Sequence record: MK327931.1
DNA length: 64,000 nucleotides
Source: Escherichia phage vB_EcoM_G17
Direction: 5' to 3' (one strand)
Both the position numbers and the translations under genes were made by a program. This document shows, piece after piece, positions 9,317-18,865 of this stretch. How positions within the stretch are numbered: the stretch's first letter is position 1; each line of letters opens with the position of its first letter. The notes beneath the pieces were generated by a model. The model worked only from the letters and a program-made list of their open reading frames with translations, was not told the origin of the DNA and searched no databases.

Positions 9317-10122
9317 TTGTTACTTTTATCCTTGTACCATACAAATGTCTTGACAGGTGGATATTTTTCATTCTTTGGTGGTTCAGGCATGTCGTATACA
9401 GTTGCATTTCTAAACTTAAGAATGTATGTGTCCATTAAACGGATTATACAATAGTTTAAACATTTTTGTGCTCTTTCTTTCCAAAAATGTTTATATGGTT
9501 CTGGACAACCAAGATAATCAAGTTTATACATACTCATAGCAACTTGCATAAATCTTTGGGCCGAGAATTTTCGCTTATCAATCTTACTTGCTCTGTGTTG
9601 GTCACATGTCCAACTTGATACACCAGGCAAGTGACAAAACAAATCAAAACTAACCATACTATCAAAGTATTTGTTATGACCATGTAACTCACCATAAAAT
9701 ACAGCTTCTGACACAGTATCATATAATGAGAAATTTGAATGTATATGTTCATTATCAAAAATACTTTTTAAATCTTTATAAGTTTCTGGAACAGGTGGCT
9801 CAGGTAATACTTCACCGAATACTTCAACACACCATATCTTCCATAAACCTTTTGTAAATTTATTTTCTAATTCTCTATCACTATCAATATAAAAAGTTTT
9901 TTCATTTATGAAAACTTTTCTAGCCATGTATGCTTTAAAAATTGCATCTGGATCAATGTCTTCACGATTTACATCATCCCAGCCTTTACCAATTCTTGAA
10001 ATTTCAAATCTACGCATATACATACGACATGCTAAATCTTTAGTAAGGCTGCGACGATACTTTTCATCCTGATGTAATTTGGTTGTTTCGTGAAGAGATT
10101 TAAGCATATTTAAAATTCTCAT
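9304..10122 (-). CDS. hypothetical protein
   Basis: 272-aa ORF. Confidence 0.55.
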   Translation of the reverse strand: MRILNMLKSLHETTKLHQDEKYRRSLTKDLACRMYMRRFEISRIGKGWDDVNREDIDPDAIFKAYMARKVFINEKTFYIDSDRELENKFTKGLWKIWCVEVFGEVLPEPPVPETYKDLKSIFDNEHIHSNFSLYDTVSEAVFYGELHGHNKYFDSMVSFDLFCHLPGVSSWTCDQHRASKIDKRKFSAQRFMQVAMSMYKLDYLGCPEPYKHFWKERAQKCLNYCIIRLMDTYILKFRNATVYDMPEPPKNEKYPPVKTFVWYKDKSNKRMH

Positions 10123-10799
10123 CGCAACACCAAATATTTCCCGTTTCTTCCAATTACATATTGATCACCACTTCGTAGTACTGTATAGCTTTCCCCTAGT
10201 ATGGAACTAAGACGCGAAGTGTCTAATTGTGTATCATTCTTTAATAACTTTTTCACATATGTTTCTGAAACAAAACCGCTTCCAGTACTGTAATGTAATT
10301 TACCATATGCTGTTTTTAATGTCAACATGTTTCCTTCTTTGATTACTGAAACACCAGCATAATCAAGGAACTCACTAATTGAACTAGGAATACCCAAATC
10401 AATTCTCTGCTGTATTTCTTCAAAATCAACATCGATTGGGTCATTAACACCATATAGTTGTATTTTCCAACCTGGGTCTGGACAAATATTTTCAATAGTT
10501 TTAATTAAACGTAAAAGTTTTTCAGGGAATTCAGCATTTCGTTCCATTTCAACATAAACTTGATATCGACCATCTAAATTTGGTGTTTCTGCTGCTTCTG
10601 TATCAGCTACATCAATAGGTGATTTTTCAATAAAAGAAGATAAATCATATGCTGCATCAAAATTGTTAAGTACCTGAAACATAATAACAATATTACTATC
10701 TTCAATTTTAGGAGTATATTCATCAACACTAATGATAGGATGAATCAAATCTTTGAGAACTTGCGGACGTAAGCCTTGTTCATTTAATTTCTTTTTCAT
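10119..10799 (-). CDS. hypothetical protein
   Basis: 226-aa ORF, stop/start overlap with neighbours. Confidence 0.55.
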   Translation of the reverse strand: MKKKLNEQGLRPQVLKDLIHPIISVDEYTPKIEDSNIVIMFQVLNNFDAAYDLSSFIEKSPIDVADTEAAETPNLDGRYQVYVEMERNAEFPEKLLRLIKTIENICPDPGWKIQLYGVNDPIDVDFEEIQQRIDLGIPSSISEFLDYAGVSVIKEGNMLTLKTAYGKLHYSTGSGFVSETYVKKLLKNDTQLDTSRLSSILGESYTVLRSGDQYVIGRNGKYLVLR

Positions 10800-11362
10800 T
10801 ACATTCCACCTTCTTGTGTCTCATCCGTTACTTCTACATCTAAATCCACATCATCACCAGTTACAGGTTCTTCAATATTCTCAGGAGAATTCATTGGATT
10901 ACTATTGAATTCTGCTGCCATTAGTTTATATTCATCAAAACTTTCTGGATTAATCAAGTTTCGTGGAATCTGCACTCTAACCAATAGTACTGGTATTCTT
11001 TCATTTTTTGGTATACGTACCGATCCTGATTGTGTCGCAACACTTTTCATATCAGCTTGTCGATTAGGTTCTTTGATAGGAGTTATTTCATAATCAGCTT
11101 TAACATATACTTTAGTACCATGCTTCTCCAAAATAGAGAATGCTGTCGGATCAGGGAAGTTTTCACGATAGTATTTAAAAGTTACAGTACACCAATACTT
11201 ACTTACAATTGGCCCCTCTACCAACTCACCCTCAATAATTCCTTTATACGCATATAAATCATTATCATCGAAATATTTCTCTACAGCAAGAAGTATATCT
11301 AACATACCACTGTTATCATACAACTGCTGAATAGCATTATCTGTATAATCTAAATCGTCCAT
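10799..11362 (-). CDS. hypothetical acidic protein
   Basis: 187-aa ORF. Confidence 0.55.
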   Translation of the reverse strand: MDDLDYTDNAIQQLYDNSGMLDILLAVEKYFDDNDLYAYKGIIEGELVEGPIVSKYWCTVTFKYYRENFPDPTAFSILEKHGTKVYVKADYEITPIKEPNRQADMKSVATQSGSVRIPKNERIPVLLVRVQIPRNLINPESFDEYKLMAAEFNSNPMNSPENIEEPVTGDDVDLDVEVTDETQEGGM

Positions 11363-11427
11363 ATTTTATATTATCCTTAAAAACTAGCACATATAATACT
11401 ATTTACTACTTTTAAAATACAACAAAA

Positions 11428-11446
11428 GGGGTTTGAATCAAACCCC
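11428..11446 (-). terminator. rho-independent terminator
   Basis: stem ggggttt/aaacccc followed on the minus strand by UUUUGUUGUAUUUU. Confidence 0.5.
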
Positions 11447-11458
11447 AATTTAAAAGTT

Positions 11459-12103
11459 TTATTTGTAATATTTACCTAGTACTGAATAAATTTTCAATCT
11501 AAGATCTGTCCAGTTCTCAATGTATTCAAAATTACCAGTGTTCTTATACATTGAATTATGAGAACATCCCATCATAACTGACGGAATGCCAAGTCCCATT
11601 GCAGTTTCAATATTATTGATATAATCATCAATCATAAGTTTTACATCATATCTAGACTGTAAATCCTCTAGTGCTTGTTTCTTTGATTCATTCATTTCGA
11701 TAATAATAATCTCATCAAAACAGTTTTCACCAAATTCACGCATTAGGTTTACATTACGTAAAACTTCACCATAACCTTTTTTACCACATTTCGTTAGTAC
11801 TACAAATTTTTCTTTATGAAAACGATCACGTAGCTCTTGTACAATATCAACTGTATTTGGTTCGACTGGTTTTAACAACCCAAACAAATATGATTGTTGG
11901 TTGAATTGTTCAAGAATTTTTTTAACTTCTTGTTGGGGGACACCCAACCAATCGGATAAATCATATTCTAATGGGTATGGTGTTGATGGTGTGATATTAT
12001 AAGTTTGTTTTACAAACTCAGAAAGCATACCCATATGGTCCAATAGAACTTCATCACAATCAAAAACTATACAACGTGGTTTCATTACATGTTCCCCGAA
12101 CAA
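11459..12103 (-). CDS. HAD-superfamily hydrolase (5'-nucleotidase-like)
   Basis: HAD motif I FDCDEVL near the N-terminus, conserved T/S and K, C-terminal DD motif (MIDDY). Confidence 0.55.
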   Translation of the reverse strand: MFGEHVMKPRCIVFDCDEVLLDHMGMLSEFVKQTYNITPSTPYPLEYDLSDWLGVPQQEVKKILEQFNQQSYLFGLLKPVEPNTVDIVQELRDRFHKEKFVVLTKCGKKGYGEVLRNVNLMREFGENCFDEIIIIEMNESKKQALEDLQSRYDVKLMIDDYINNIETAMGLGIPSVMMGCSHNSMYKNTGNFEYIENWTDLRLKIYSVLGKYYK

Positions 12104-13074
12104 ATTAGGTCAATCTCACACAGTAAAGCACTAAGATTCATTTCACGGTCTGATACTGTTGCTTGCTTAACAACTGCATCACGAATTTTAACTTTAATCT
12201 TCATCAGTGTGATTTCATCAGTACTGAACATTTCAGCATTTCTGTACAAGTAAGAGAAAAATGCATCCATCTCATCATCAGGGATATTTTGTACAATTTG
12301 TTCACGCATTTGGCGAATGTTGCCTGCCTTTAATGCTTCAACAATTGCAGTACGATACCCTGCTGAATTTTCAATACTATCTTCAAGTTTTACTAGCTTA
12401 CCATCAACAACTGAACTTTGCAATACGTTTAGTGTTTTACGGAAATCAGGATAGGAAGCATTGATGTACTTTTGAACTTGTTCAACACTATCATCACTAC
12501 TCAAATCAACACCTTCTGCTAGAAGAATATTATAAATTCGAGTCATGAATTGTTCCATATCATGCTTTTCGATTGTAATAACTTGAACACGAGAAATGAT
12601 AGGTTTTTGAATTTTATGTGGTTCGTTACTTGTTAAAATAAAGCGAGCATTTTCATGATAGTCTTCCATTACACGTTTCAAACTACCTTGTGCTTTGTGG
12701 TTCATCTGCTCCATTTCTTCAAGAACAAAAATACGATATCTACCAAAACATGATAGCTTTGCTGCGGCATCGATTTTGTCACGAACAGCATCAATGCCTT
12801 CATCGGACATGTTAAGCGTGGTCACATCACTTGGATCAAGGTGTCCATTTTGAACTAGTCCATTAATTAGTACTTTGATCGCAGATGTTTTACCAGTTCC
12901 TGCTGGGCCAAAAAACCCAATATGTGGAATGTCACCAGTCTTAATCCATTCTTCCATTTTCTGGCGTAGTGCATCGTTTTTTGATACATAATCTTCCATT
13001 GATTGTGGGCGATATTTTTCAGTCCATAGTGTGGTCATTTGTATTTCCTTATGTGTACGTGTTATAGAATCCAA
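12085..13074 (-). CDS. 44: sliding-clamp loader large subunit (gp44-like, RFC-type AAA+)
   Basis: WTEKYRP N-terminal motif, Walker A GPAGTGKTS, Walker B-like VLEEME, SRV sensor (RFC box pattern). Confidence 0.8.
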   Translation of the reverse strand: MDSITRTHKEIQMTTLWTEKYRPQSMEDYVSKNDALRQKMEEWIKTGDIPHIGFFGPAGTGKTSAIKVLINGLVQNGHLDPSDVTTLNMSDEGIDAVRDKIDAAAKLSCFGRYRIFVLEEMEQMNHKAQGSLKRVMEDYHENARFILTSNEPHKIQKPIISRVQVITIEKHDMEQFMTRIYNILLAEGVDLSSDDSVEQVQKYINASYPDFRKTLNVLQSSVVDGKLVKLEDSIENSAGYRTAIVEALKAGNIRQMREQIVQNIPDDEMDAFFSYLYRNAEMFSTDEITLMKIKVKIRDAVVKQATVSDREMNLSALLCEIDLICSGNM

Positions 13075-13334
13075 TCGGCTGAATTATATAATAAAGCCGT
13101 GAAAAGTTCTTCTGTCATTTCCAATTGATTTAATAAAAAATTAAAAGAATTTGCCTTATTTTTAATCCCAGTACTTTCAGCTTGGGCTGATGCAACTAAT
13201 AAAACTTTAAACATATCATGTGAAACTTCATATACATATTTGGTATTTTTTCTATCTTCAAACATGAATCTTCCGTTTTTAGATACTAATGTTACATCCT
13301 TGAAACTAAATTTTCCATCATCAGTTATCATCAA
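13062..13334 (-). CDS. hypothetical protein
   Basis: 90-aa ORF. Confidence 0.45.
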   Translation of the reverse strand: MMITDDGKFSFKDVTLVSKNGRFMFEDRKNTKYVYEVSHDMFKVLLVASAQAESTGIKNKANSFNFLLNQLEMTEELFTALLYNSADWIL

Positions 13335-13387
13335 AATCTGTCCAAATAAAAAGCCCAGATATTCATCCGAGCTTTAATTATATTTTA

Positions 13388-13714
13388 TTAACGACCAAAG
13401 GTTAGCATTTTAGTTCGTGGATCTTCATCTGAAACTAAACTAACTGCGGCTGGATAATCAACCAAGTTTAATTCAATACCATCAACTTCAATAGTTCTTG
13501 ACCATCGACCATGATCAATTAAAATCCATTGACCTTCTTTAATATCAGTAATGTCTTCGCCTACAGAATAAACTTTTGCCCAGCGAGAACGAATACCTCT
13601 AATTTTACCGTCATCGTTTGTTAAAACGATACCACCTGCTGTTTTGCGTTCACCATGTTCCAGTTCAGTTACCAGTACTTTACCTTTACATGCAGTCATT
13701 ACTTTATTAGTCAT
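13388..13714 (-). CDS. GroES-like co-chaperonin (Cpn10 family)
   Basis: KVLVTELEHGERKTAGGIVL ... VYSVGED ... EGQWILIDHG matches the Cpn10 pattern. Confidence 0.65.
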   Translation of the reverse strand: MTNKVMTACKGKVLVTELEHGERKTAGGIVLTNDDGKIRGIRSRWAKVYSVGEDITDIKEGQWILIDHGRWSRTIEVDGIELNLVDYPAAVSLVSDEDPRTKMLTFGR

Positions 13715-13722
13715 TTAATATA

Positions 13723-14067
13723 TTACTCCTGATCTTTGGTTCTAGCTCGACGTGGTGCTTTCTTCTCTTCAGAAACCTCAGCTTCTTGTTCTTCGGGCTT
13801 AACTTCAAAACTCTCATCATCCCATACTTCATCCGTACCATGTTCAGTACTATGAAGTTGATGTTCAGGGATATAATCAGGAATTTGCATTTCTCGTTCT
13901 TTTTCTTGAATCAACTCTTCACGAGTTTTAATAATTGTTCCACCTGAACCGATTTTATCACCACGTGCGTTTAAATTAGCATTACCTAATGCTACCTGAT
14001 GTTGATTTTGGTACTTGAGCATATCCATGTCAATTGTTGTACCACGATAAGTTGTATGTTTAGACAT
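13723..14067 (-). CDS. hypothetical acidic protein
   Basis: 114-aa ORF. Confidence 0.5.
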   Translation of the reverse strand: MSKHTTYRGTTIDMDMLKYQNQHQVALGNANLNARGDKIGSGGTIIKTREELIQEKEREMQIPDYIPEHQLHSTEHGTDEVWDDESFEVKPEEQEAEVSEEKKAPRRARTKDQE

Positions 14068-14112
14068 ATCAAAATCCTTTTATTGTATGTGTGATATAAG
14101 CCTACAATAAAC

Positions 14113-14145
14113 ATTATATCACATGTTTTTCTACCATTTCAAAAA
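14113..14145 (-). promoter_or_regulatory. early promoter with extended -10 (TGTGATATAAT)
   Basis: minus-strand TGnTATAAT at 14113-14123, upstream of the start at 14067. Confidence 0.45.
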
Positions 14146-14649
14146 TTCGTTAACATCAAGTTCATACTTCAATGAATCTACCATATGTAGTCCAATCAAA
14201 AACAAACAGTATGATGCAACAGAGCTTCCACGACCTAGACCCCAAAAGATCTCATTTTCTTCCATATAATCAACAAGCCATATCATACATCTTAGTAGCT
14301 TTGTCATATTATAATATTCATATAAATCAAGTTCATACTCAACACGTTTTCGTGCTTCATCGGATGTGCATTTTTGTAAGAAAAAGTCACGCAGATTTAT
14401 ATTGTCGTATACTGGATCATATCGCCACAGTTCATGATTTTTATCATGCTCAATTGTATAATCCAGCATACGTTGTTCTAAGCCAAATTTTTTACAGTTA
14501 TCATTGAATTTCAACCTTTCAGGTTCATCAATTTCCTGCAATTGTAAGTACTGGATATCTGCACCGCAATTGATTGCATAAACAACTGCGTTAAGATTAC
14601 ATTTCACATCACCATTGGGACTTATAAATCTGTTTCCTTGTACTTTCAT
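14131..14649 (-). CDS. small protein homologous to the region of DNA polymerase III alpha (DnaE) just before the catalytic aspartates
   Basis: C-terminal FWGLGRGSSVASYCLFLIGLHMVDSLKYELDVNEFL aligns with E. coli DnaE [35 protein letters not shown]; preceding YELDLYEYYNMTKLL matches ELQVINQMGFPGYFL; the ORF stops before the PDFDVDF catalytic motif. Confidence 0.5.
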   Translation of the reverse strand: MKVQGNRFISPNGDVKCNLNAVVYAINCGADIQYLQLQEIDEPERLKFNDNCKKFGLEQRMLDYTIEHDKNHELWRYDPVYDNINLRDFFLQKCTSDEARKRVEYELDLYEYYNMTKLLRCMIWLVDYMEENEIFWGLGRGSSVASYCLFLIGLHMVDSLKYELDVNEFLKW

Positions 14650-14920
14650 TTTTCTTCTTCTGGGCCTCTTCGTTGTCAGTTAGATATGAATCCATATCGA
14701 AGATACATGGATCTTCTTCGTCATAAACAGTTTTTTCTTTTTGTCCTTGGCGAAGTTCTAGTTCAGCATAACATTGATTTAAGACAGTTTGCATATTACC
14801 AATAATCATGTCGCTTAGGCCAGCAGCACGAGCAGAAGTTAAACGCATTGACTGTTCATTAATTTTTAACTGTAGTTCTTTTTCCGTCATTCCAGACGGG
14901 TCAAAAAACGGATTAAACAT
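14609..14920 (-). CDS. hypothetical protein
   Basis: 103-aa ORF overlapping its downstream neighbour. Confidence 0.4.
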   Translation of the reverse strand: MFNPFFDPSGMTEKELQLKINEQSMRLTSARAAGLSDMIIGNMQTVLNQCYAELELRQGQKEKTVYDEEDPCIFDMDSYLTDNEEAQKKKNESTRKQIYKSQW

Positions 14921-14921
14921 A

Positions 14922-17315
14922 TTAACCTCCTATGTTATTGTTTTGCAATGTAATCAAAAATGTATCTGAAACATAATTCACTGATTCATGCGAAAAGTAT
15001 CCGAATTCAACCGATGTGATTTCGAACTCTACACCTACCATTGTACCATGTTCATTGTTCTGAAGTAAAGTGTTGAAAAATGCTTCACCTTTGCCTGGTT
15101 GACAATATGCAACTGGAATGATAGGCATGAATTTTTTCTGTATACCATCTTCAATGTATGGGTGATTCATAAATCTTGGGACCGTATCAAGCATTTCATC
15201 ACTGATACTTGGTATCGCATCAACGTATAGACCACGATTTTGTAAATCGGTTGGGTCTTTTACTAAGTTGGTTGTGTCTTCACCAATAGCCTGAAAAATA
15301 TTTTGTCGTAAACCAAATAATTCACCAAGCTGACCGTTGTCGATTTGAGTATATTGACGTGGATTTTTGGATACAGATACTAAAGAACCTTCAGGTAAAA
15401 CCTCTCTATATAATAGATCATATTGTAAGTTACCTTGATTGTCAAGTGCTGATATTATTTTATAATTACCCATTACCATTTTAAATTTTCCATTTGGAAT
15501 AGTAGTTCCATTTGGGTTAATTATACTATTTCTCAATACTTTCTTGATATCAGAAAGGTTAGTATATGGATACGTTTGACTTAGGAAGTTTTCTTTCAAT
15601 AACATCTTCGGTATTTTCTGAAGACCATATCTATTGTCAGATTGTCGGAAAAATAGTTGATTAGTGAATGATGAAGTACTTATACATTTAAACCATTCTC
15701 TCTCAAATGCAACCGAAGGTAATACATGTGCACTCAAATAATTCTGTCCGAATCCTCTTACAATCTTAAGGTTAAATATTTTTCTTGCTTCACCACCTTC
15801 AGTACTAAATGCTTTAACATAAAACGATAATTTAATATCATCATTTTCACTAAAATCAATACTTTTGGCATATGCAGTTCCTACAAGATATCCATCTGGT
15901 GTCAAATCTATCCCATACTTTCTAATGTCATCACCACCATCTAAAACATACGAAACTTGATTAGAGCTATCAGTTTCAATTTTAGGATATATACTGTCTC
16001 CAAAATATTCACCAACATGTATGGTTCCTAAATCACTATCAGTAATAAAGTTTATATTATTACCTTCTTCTGCGTTTATCAAAACCCTGAACATTTTTTG
16101 CATACCAATGATATTATCACCAAGAGTAGAGTCATAATATCCTAAATCAATCCAATCACTACTATCATAAACGGGCTTAATTGTTCCATTATCGTATTCA
16201 CCACTAATTACGTATGGATACACAACATTATCTTTTAATTGATATAAATGATTGGGTAGTGGTTTTTCTGAAATAGAATATATAGTATCTATGTCTTCAG
16301 GACAAACCCACATTTGATATGCTTTATATCGTTGATTGATAGCAAACCTTTCACTTTCTTCGGTGTATGTACTTAATATATCAACAATCTCAACTTTAAA
16401 ATATGCATCACAAGCATCTGAGTCATATAAAAATGTTTGCAATAATTGCCCATTTGGGTTGAACACCATTCCAGTGTCAATTAAATTACCATTTCTATTT
16501 TGAATATTAACTTTTACTTCTTTGTTTATACCAGAAATAGGCCATGTTGATTGTGCTGGCTTGAATACTGCGAAATCATTCGTAATATGTTTATCTGGAA
16601 CTTCAGAAATATCCATGTCAATCAAACGATATGCTGGAAAAAAGACACGAGGTGTAATATCAGTAGTCATGTCAGTACCCAAAATGAAAGGTCGTCTTCT
16701 TCCAAATCCTTGAACGAACAATGTACTGTTGGAGCCATACTCAACATCACCAATACAATAAAGCTTTTTGTCATCACCAATCTCAACTCCGGGTGTAACC
16801 CAAACTTCTTGACTATCATATGTTATTGATGTATCAGTTAATCCTAGAACACCACTTGGTGAAATATTTCCAAAATACATAACATTTACTGCTTGTAAAT
16901 AAAAATTTATAATTTCTGTATTATTATAGGTTCCATCATTTTTACAATGAATTTTTATAAAATAAACATCTTCACTATTAGTACTTGCAGATAAGTTAAA
17001 TTCATTTTTGCTGATTTTACACTTATGCTTACCATTTACTAATTTATTACCAGTTGTACCATCTGAAATAGGAACAAAAGTATTTTCGTCATTACCAACA
17101 TAAAAAGTATAATGTGGTTCTGGATCAAATACAGCACCTGAACTATCCAAGCATTGTATGTTAAGAATCATTTCTAAGTATTCATCTTCATTTAATACAT
17201 AGCTATCATCCGTTGTGCTTTCTTTATTGATACTCAAACGCACAAGAATGTCTTGTCCTTCTTGTATATATCGAGCATCGGCTTTTATATCCCATCGTGG
17301 GGTAAAAGTTGTCAT
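14922..17315 (-). CDS. large late protein, putative virion structural protein
   Basis: about 800-aa ORF; exact TATAAATA late-promoter box at 17354-17361; likely start is the second ATG (17315), which has a GGAG Shine-Dalgarno. Confidence 0.5.
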   Translation of the reverse strand: MTTFTPRWDIKADARYIQEGQDILVRLSINKESTTDDSYVLNEDEYLEMILNIQCLDSSGAVFDPEPHYTFYVGNDENTFVPISDGTTGNKLVNGKHKCKISKNEFNLSASTNSEDVYFIKIHCKNDGTYNNTEIINFYLQAVNVMYFGNISPSGVLGLTDTSITYDSQEVWVTPGVEIGDDKKLYCIGDVEYGSNSTLFVQGFGRRRPFILGTDMTTDITPRVFFPAYRLIDMDISEVPDKHITNDFAVFKPAQSTWPISGINKEVKVNIQNRNGNLIDTGMVFNPNGQLLQTFLYDSDACDAYFKVEIVDILSTYTEESERFAINQRYKAYQMWVCPEDIDTIYSISEKPLPNHLYQLKDNVVYPYVISGEYDNGTIKPVYDSSDWIDLGYYDSTLGDNIIGMQKMFRVLINAEEGNNINFITDSDLGTIHVGEYFGDSIYPKIETDSSNQVSYVLDGGDDIRKYGIDLTPDGYLVGTAYAKSIDFSENDDIKLSFYVKAFSTEGGEARKIFNLKIVRGFGQNYLSAHVLPSVAFEREWFKCISTSSFTNQLFFRQSDNRYGLQKIPKMLLKENFLSQTYPYTNLSDIKKVLRNSIINPNGTTIPNGKFKMVMGNYKIISALDNQGNLQYDLLYREVLPEGSLVSVSKNPRQYTQIDNGQLGELFGLRQNIFQAIGEDTTNLVKDPTDLQNRGLYVDAIPSISDEMLDTVPRFMNHPYIEDGIQKKFMPIIPVAYCQPGKGEAFFNTLLQNNEHGTMVGVEFEITSVEFGYFSHESVNYVSDTFLITLQNNNIGG

Positions 17316-17353
17316 TATAATTCTCCATAGCCAAGCTGCCATTATCTATAGAT

Positions 17354-17361
17354 TATTTATA
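17354..17361 (-). promoter_or_regulatory. T4-type late promoter box TATAAATA
   Basis: exact TATAAATA on the minus strand immediately upstream of the 800-aa ORF. Confidence 0.55.
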
Positions 17362-17371
17362 TAAAGGACAA

Positions 17372-17392
17372 GGAAGACCCATAAGGTCTTCC
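17372..17392 (-). terminator. hairpin downstream of gp52 (ggaagacc-cataa-ggtcttcc)
   Basis: perfect 8-bp stem. Confidence 0.4.
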
Positions 17393-17402
17393 ATTAAATA
17401 TA

Positions 17403-18815
17403 TCAATTGTCTGATTTAGGAGTAAAGTCAATCTTTCTTAGTTCTTTTAGTTCAGATTTATAAATGTCCCAAATTAAGTCATGATTAGATAACAGTTCAT
17501 TGTACTTATCCATCAAATCAAGATTATCTTGAATATCTTGTAGTACTGATTGATAATTATCTTGCGTCCAGCGATATGAAGGGAAGTTTACAATGCTTTG
17601 AATATTCTCTTCCGTTGCTTCAATTTCGGTATTTAACGATTTAACGAATTCAACCATTTCAGCACGGTTTGCAAATCCTTTTACCTTAGCAATCATATCA
17701 TTATCGAAACATTCTTTAATTAGAATTTTATAACGAACTTCAGCAGCACAATCATCAAGTTTCTTTTCATAACGCTTGATGTAATATTTGAAACGGAAAT
17801 CAACGAAGTCTTTAATCAAATCCATCGTAGTATCGTAAACTTTCACTTTGCCATTTTCACCTAGAACAGTTAAATGTTGAGTCATTTTTTTGTTAATGCC
17901 AAAATACTCAATAACATCCATCTCTGTCCATTTAGCTGACGTTCCACGTGGAAGTTTAATGGTAATATCAATTACATCAGTACTATCATTGTCATAATCA
18001 CGAATCTCACCATCATCACTCATTTTGATTAGTTTTTCGATGAATTTCTCAATACTGTAATTAGGTGGTAAGCCTGTTACTTTAACAGTGCTTGCATCAA
18101 TAACCTCAGCTTTACCATAGAATTCATACTTATTTTCATCAAGCTTAGTCACAACATCACTTGCACCACATGAAACATAATATGGGGTCATTTCTTTTAG
18201 TGGTTTTTTATCAATAGCACGAATGCAATTATCAATAATATCTTCAATTTTATGTGGTAGAATTGTACTCTTATAACCAACTGACATACTATCATTACCA
18301 AACAATGATAATGGAATAATAGGCAAGAAATGAACAGGTTCATATGTTGTCCCGTCATAGTTCTCTTTCATTGGTATAATATCAGCATCACGCAAAACAA
18401 GCATCTCAGTACTCTTATTCTTTTTAACATAAGTGTAACGAGCAGATGCTGGCGTACTGTTTACTTGTGTACCAAAACCACCACGTTTTCCAATAAGAGG
18501 ATAGTTGTTAGCTACTGGAGATGCTAGATTTTGAAGTGTTCCTGATGCTGACGTGTCCCCATGAAGATAGATACCATCACTAATCATTTTTCCAGCACAT
18601 GATACTGTTTTAATTTCCCCACTAATTTTAGATAATGTGAAGATTGCTTTACGTTGTGAACTCTTTAGACCATCAATTCCAGGAATAGCACGGTCTAGTG
18701 TATACATCGAATATTCTAGTGATGTTGTATTCACATAATCAGAACTGTTATAATCTAGTAGAGTTAGTGTTTGGTTATCGATATTATTATTTTCTGTTTT
18801 TTTACTTTTAGCCAT
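17403..18815 (-). CDS. 52: DNA topoisomerase II medium subunit (gp52-like, GyrA-type)
   Basis: YSMYTLDRAIPGIDGLKSSQRK active-site region typical of type IIA topoisomerase A subunits. Confidence 0.85.
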   Translation of the reverse strand: MAKSKKTENNNIDNQTLTLLDYNSSDYVNTTSLEYSMYTLDRAIPGIDGLKSSQRKAIFTLSKISGEIKTVSCAGKMISDGIYLHGDTSASGTLQNLASPVANNYPLIGKRGGFGTQVNSTPASARYTYVKKNKSTEMLVLRDADIIPMKENYDGTTYEPVHFLPIIPLSLFGNDSMSVGYKSTILPHKIEDIIDNCIRAIDKKPLKEMTPYYVSCGASDVVTKLDENKYEFYGKAEVIDASTVKVTGLPPNYSIEKFIEKLIKMSDDGEIRDYDNDSTDVIDITIKLPRGTSAKWTEMDVIEYFGINKKMTQHLTVLGENGKVKVYDTTMDLIKDFVDFRFKYYIKRYEKKLDDCAAEVRYKILIKECFDNDMIAKVKGFANRAEMVEFVKSLNTEIEATEENIQSIVNFPSYRWTQDNYQSVLQDIQDNLDLMDKYNELLSNHDLIWDIYKSELKELRKIDFTPKSDN

Positions 18816-18865
18816 TCCATTGTCTCTTGGTAAAAGGGGAACACCATGTTCCCCATTAGTCTATA

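Noticed and set aside
9241-9438. 65-aa plus-strand ORF
   Set aside because: Overlaps a minus-strand terminator and gene start; no ribosome-binding site
10799-11362. Candidate clamp-loader small subunit gp62 (187 aa, near gp44)
   Set aside because: Right size and position but no recognisable similarity to gp62; left as hypothetical
11428-11446. tRNA-like T-arm sequence ggggtttgaatcaaacccc
   Set aside because: Isolated hairpin with no acceptor, D or anticodon arms; fits a terminator. No tRNA cloverleaf was found in any intergenic region
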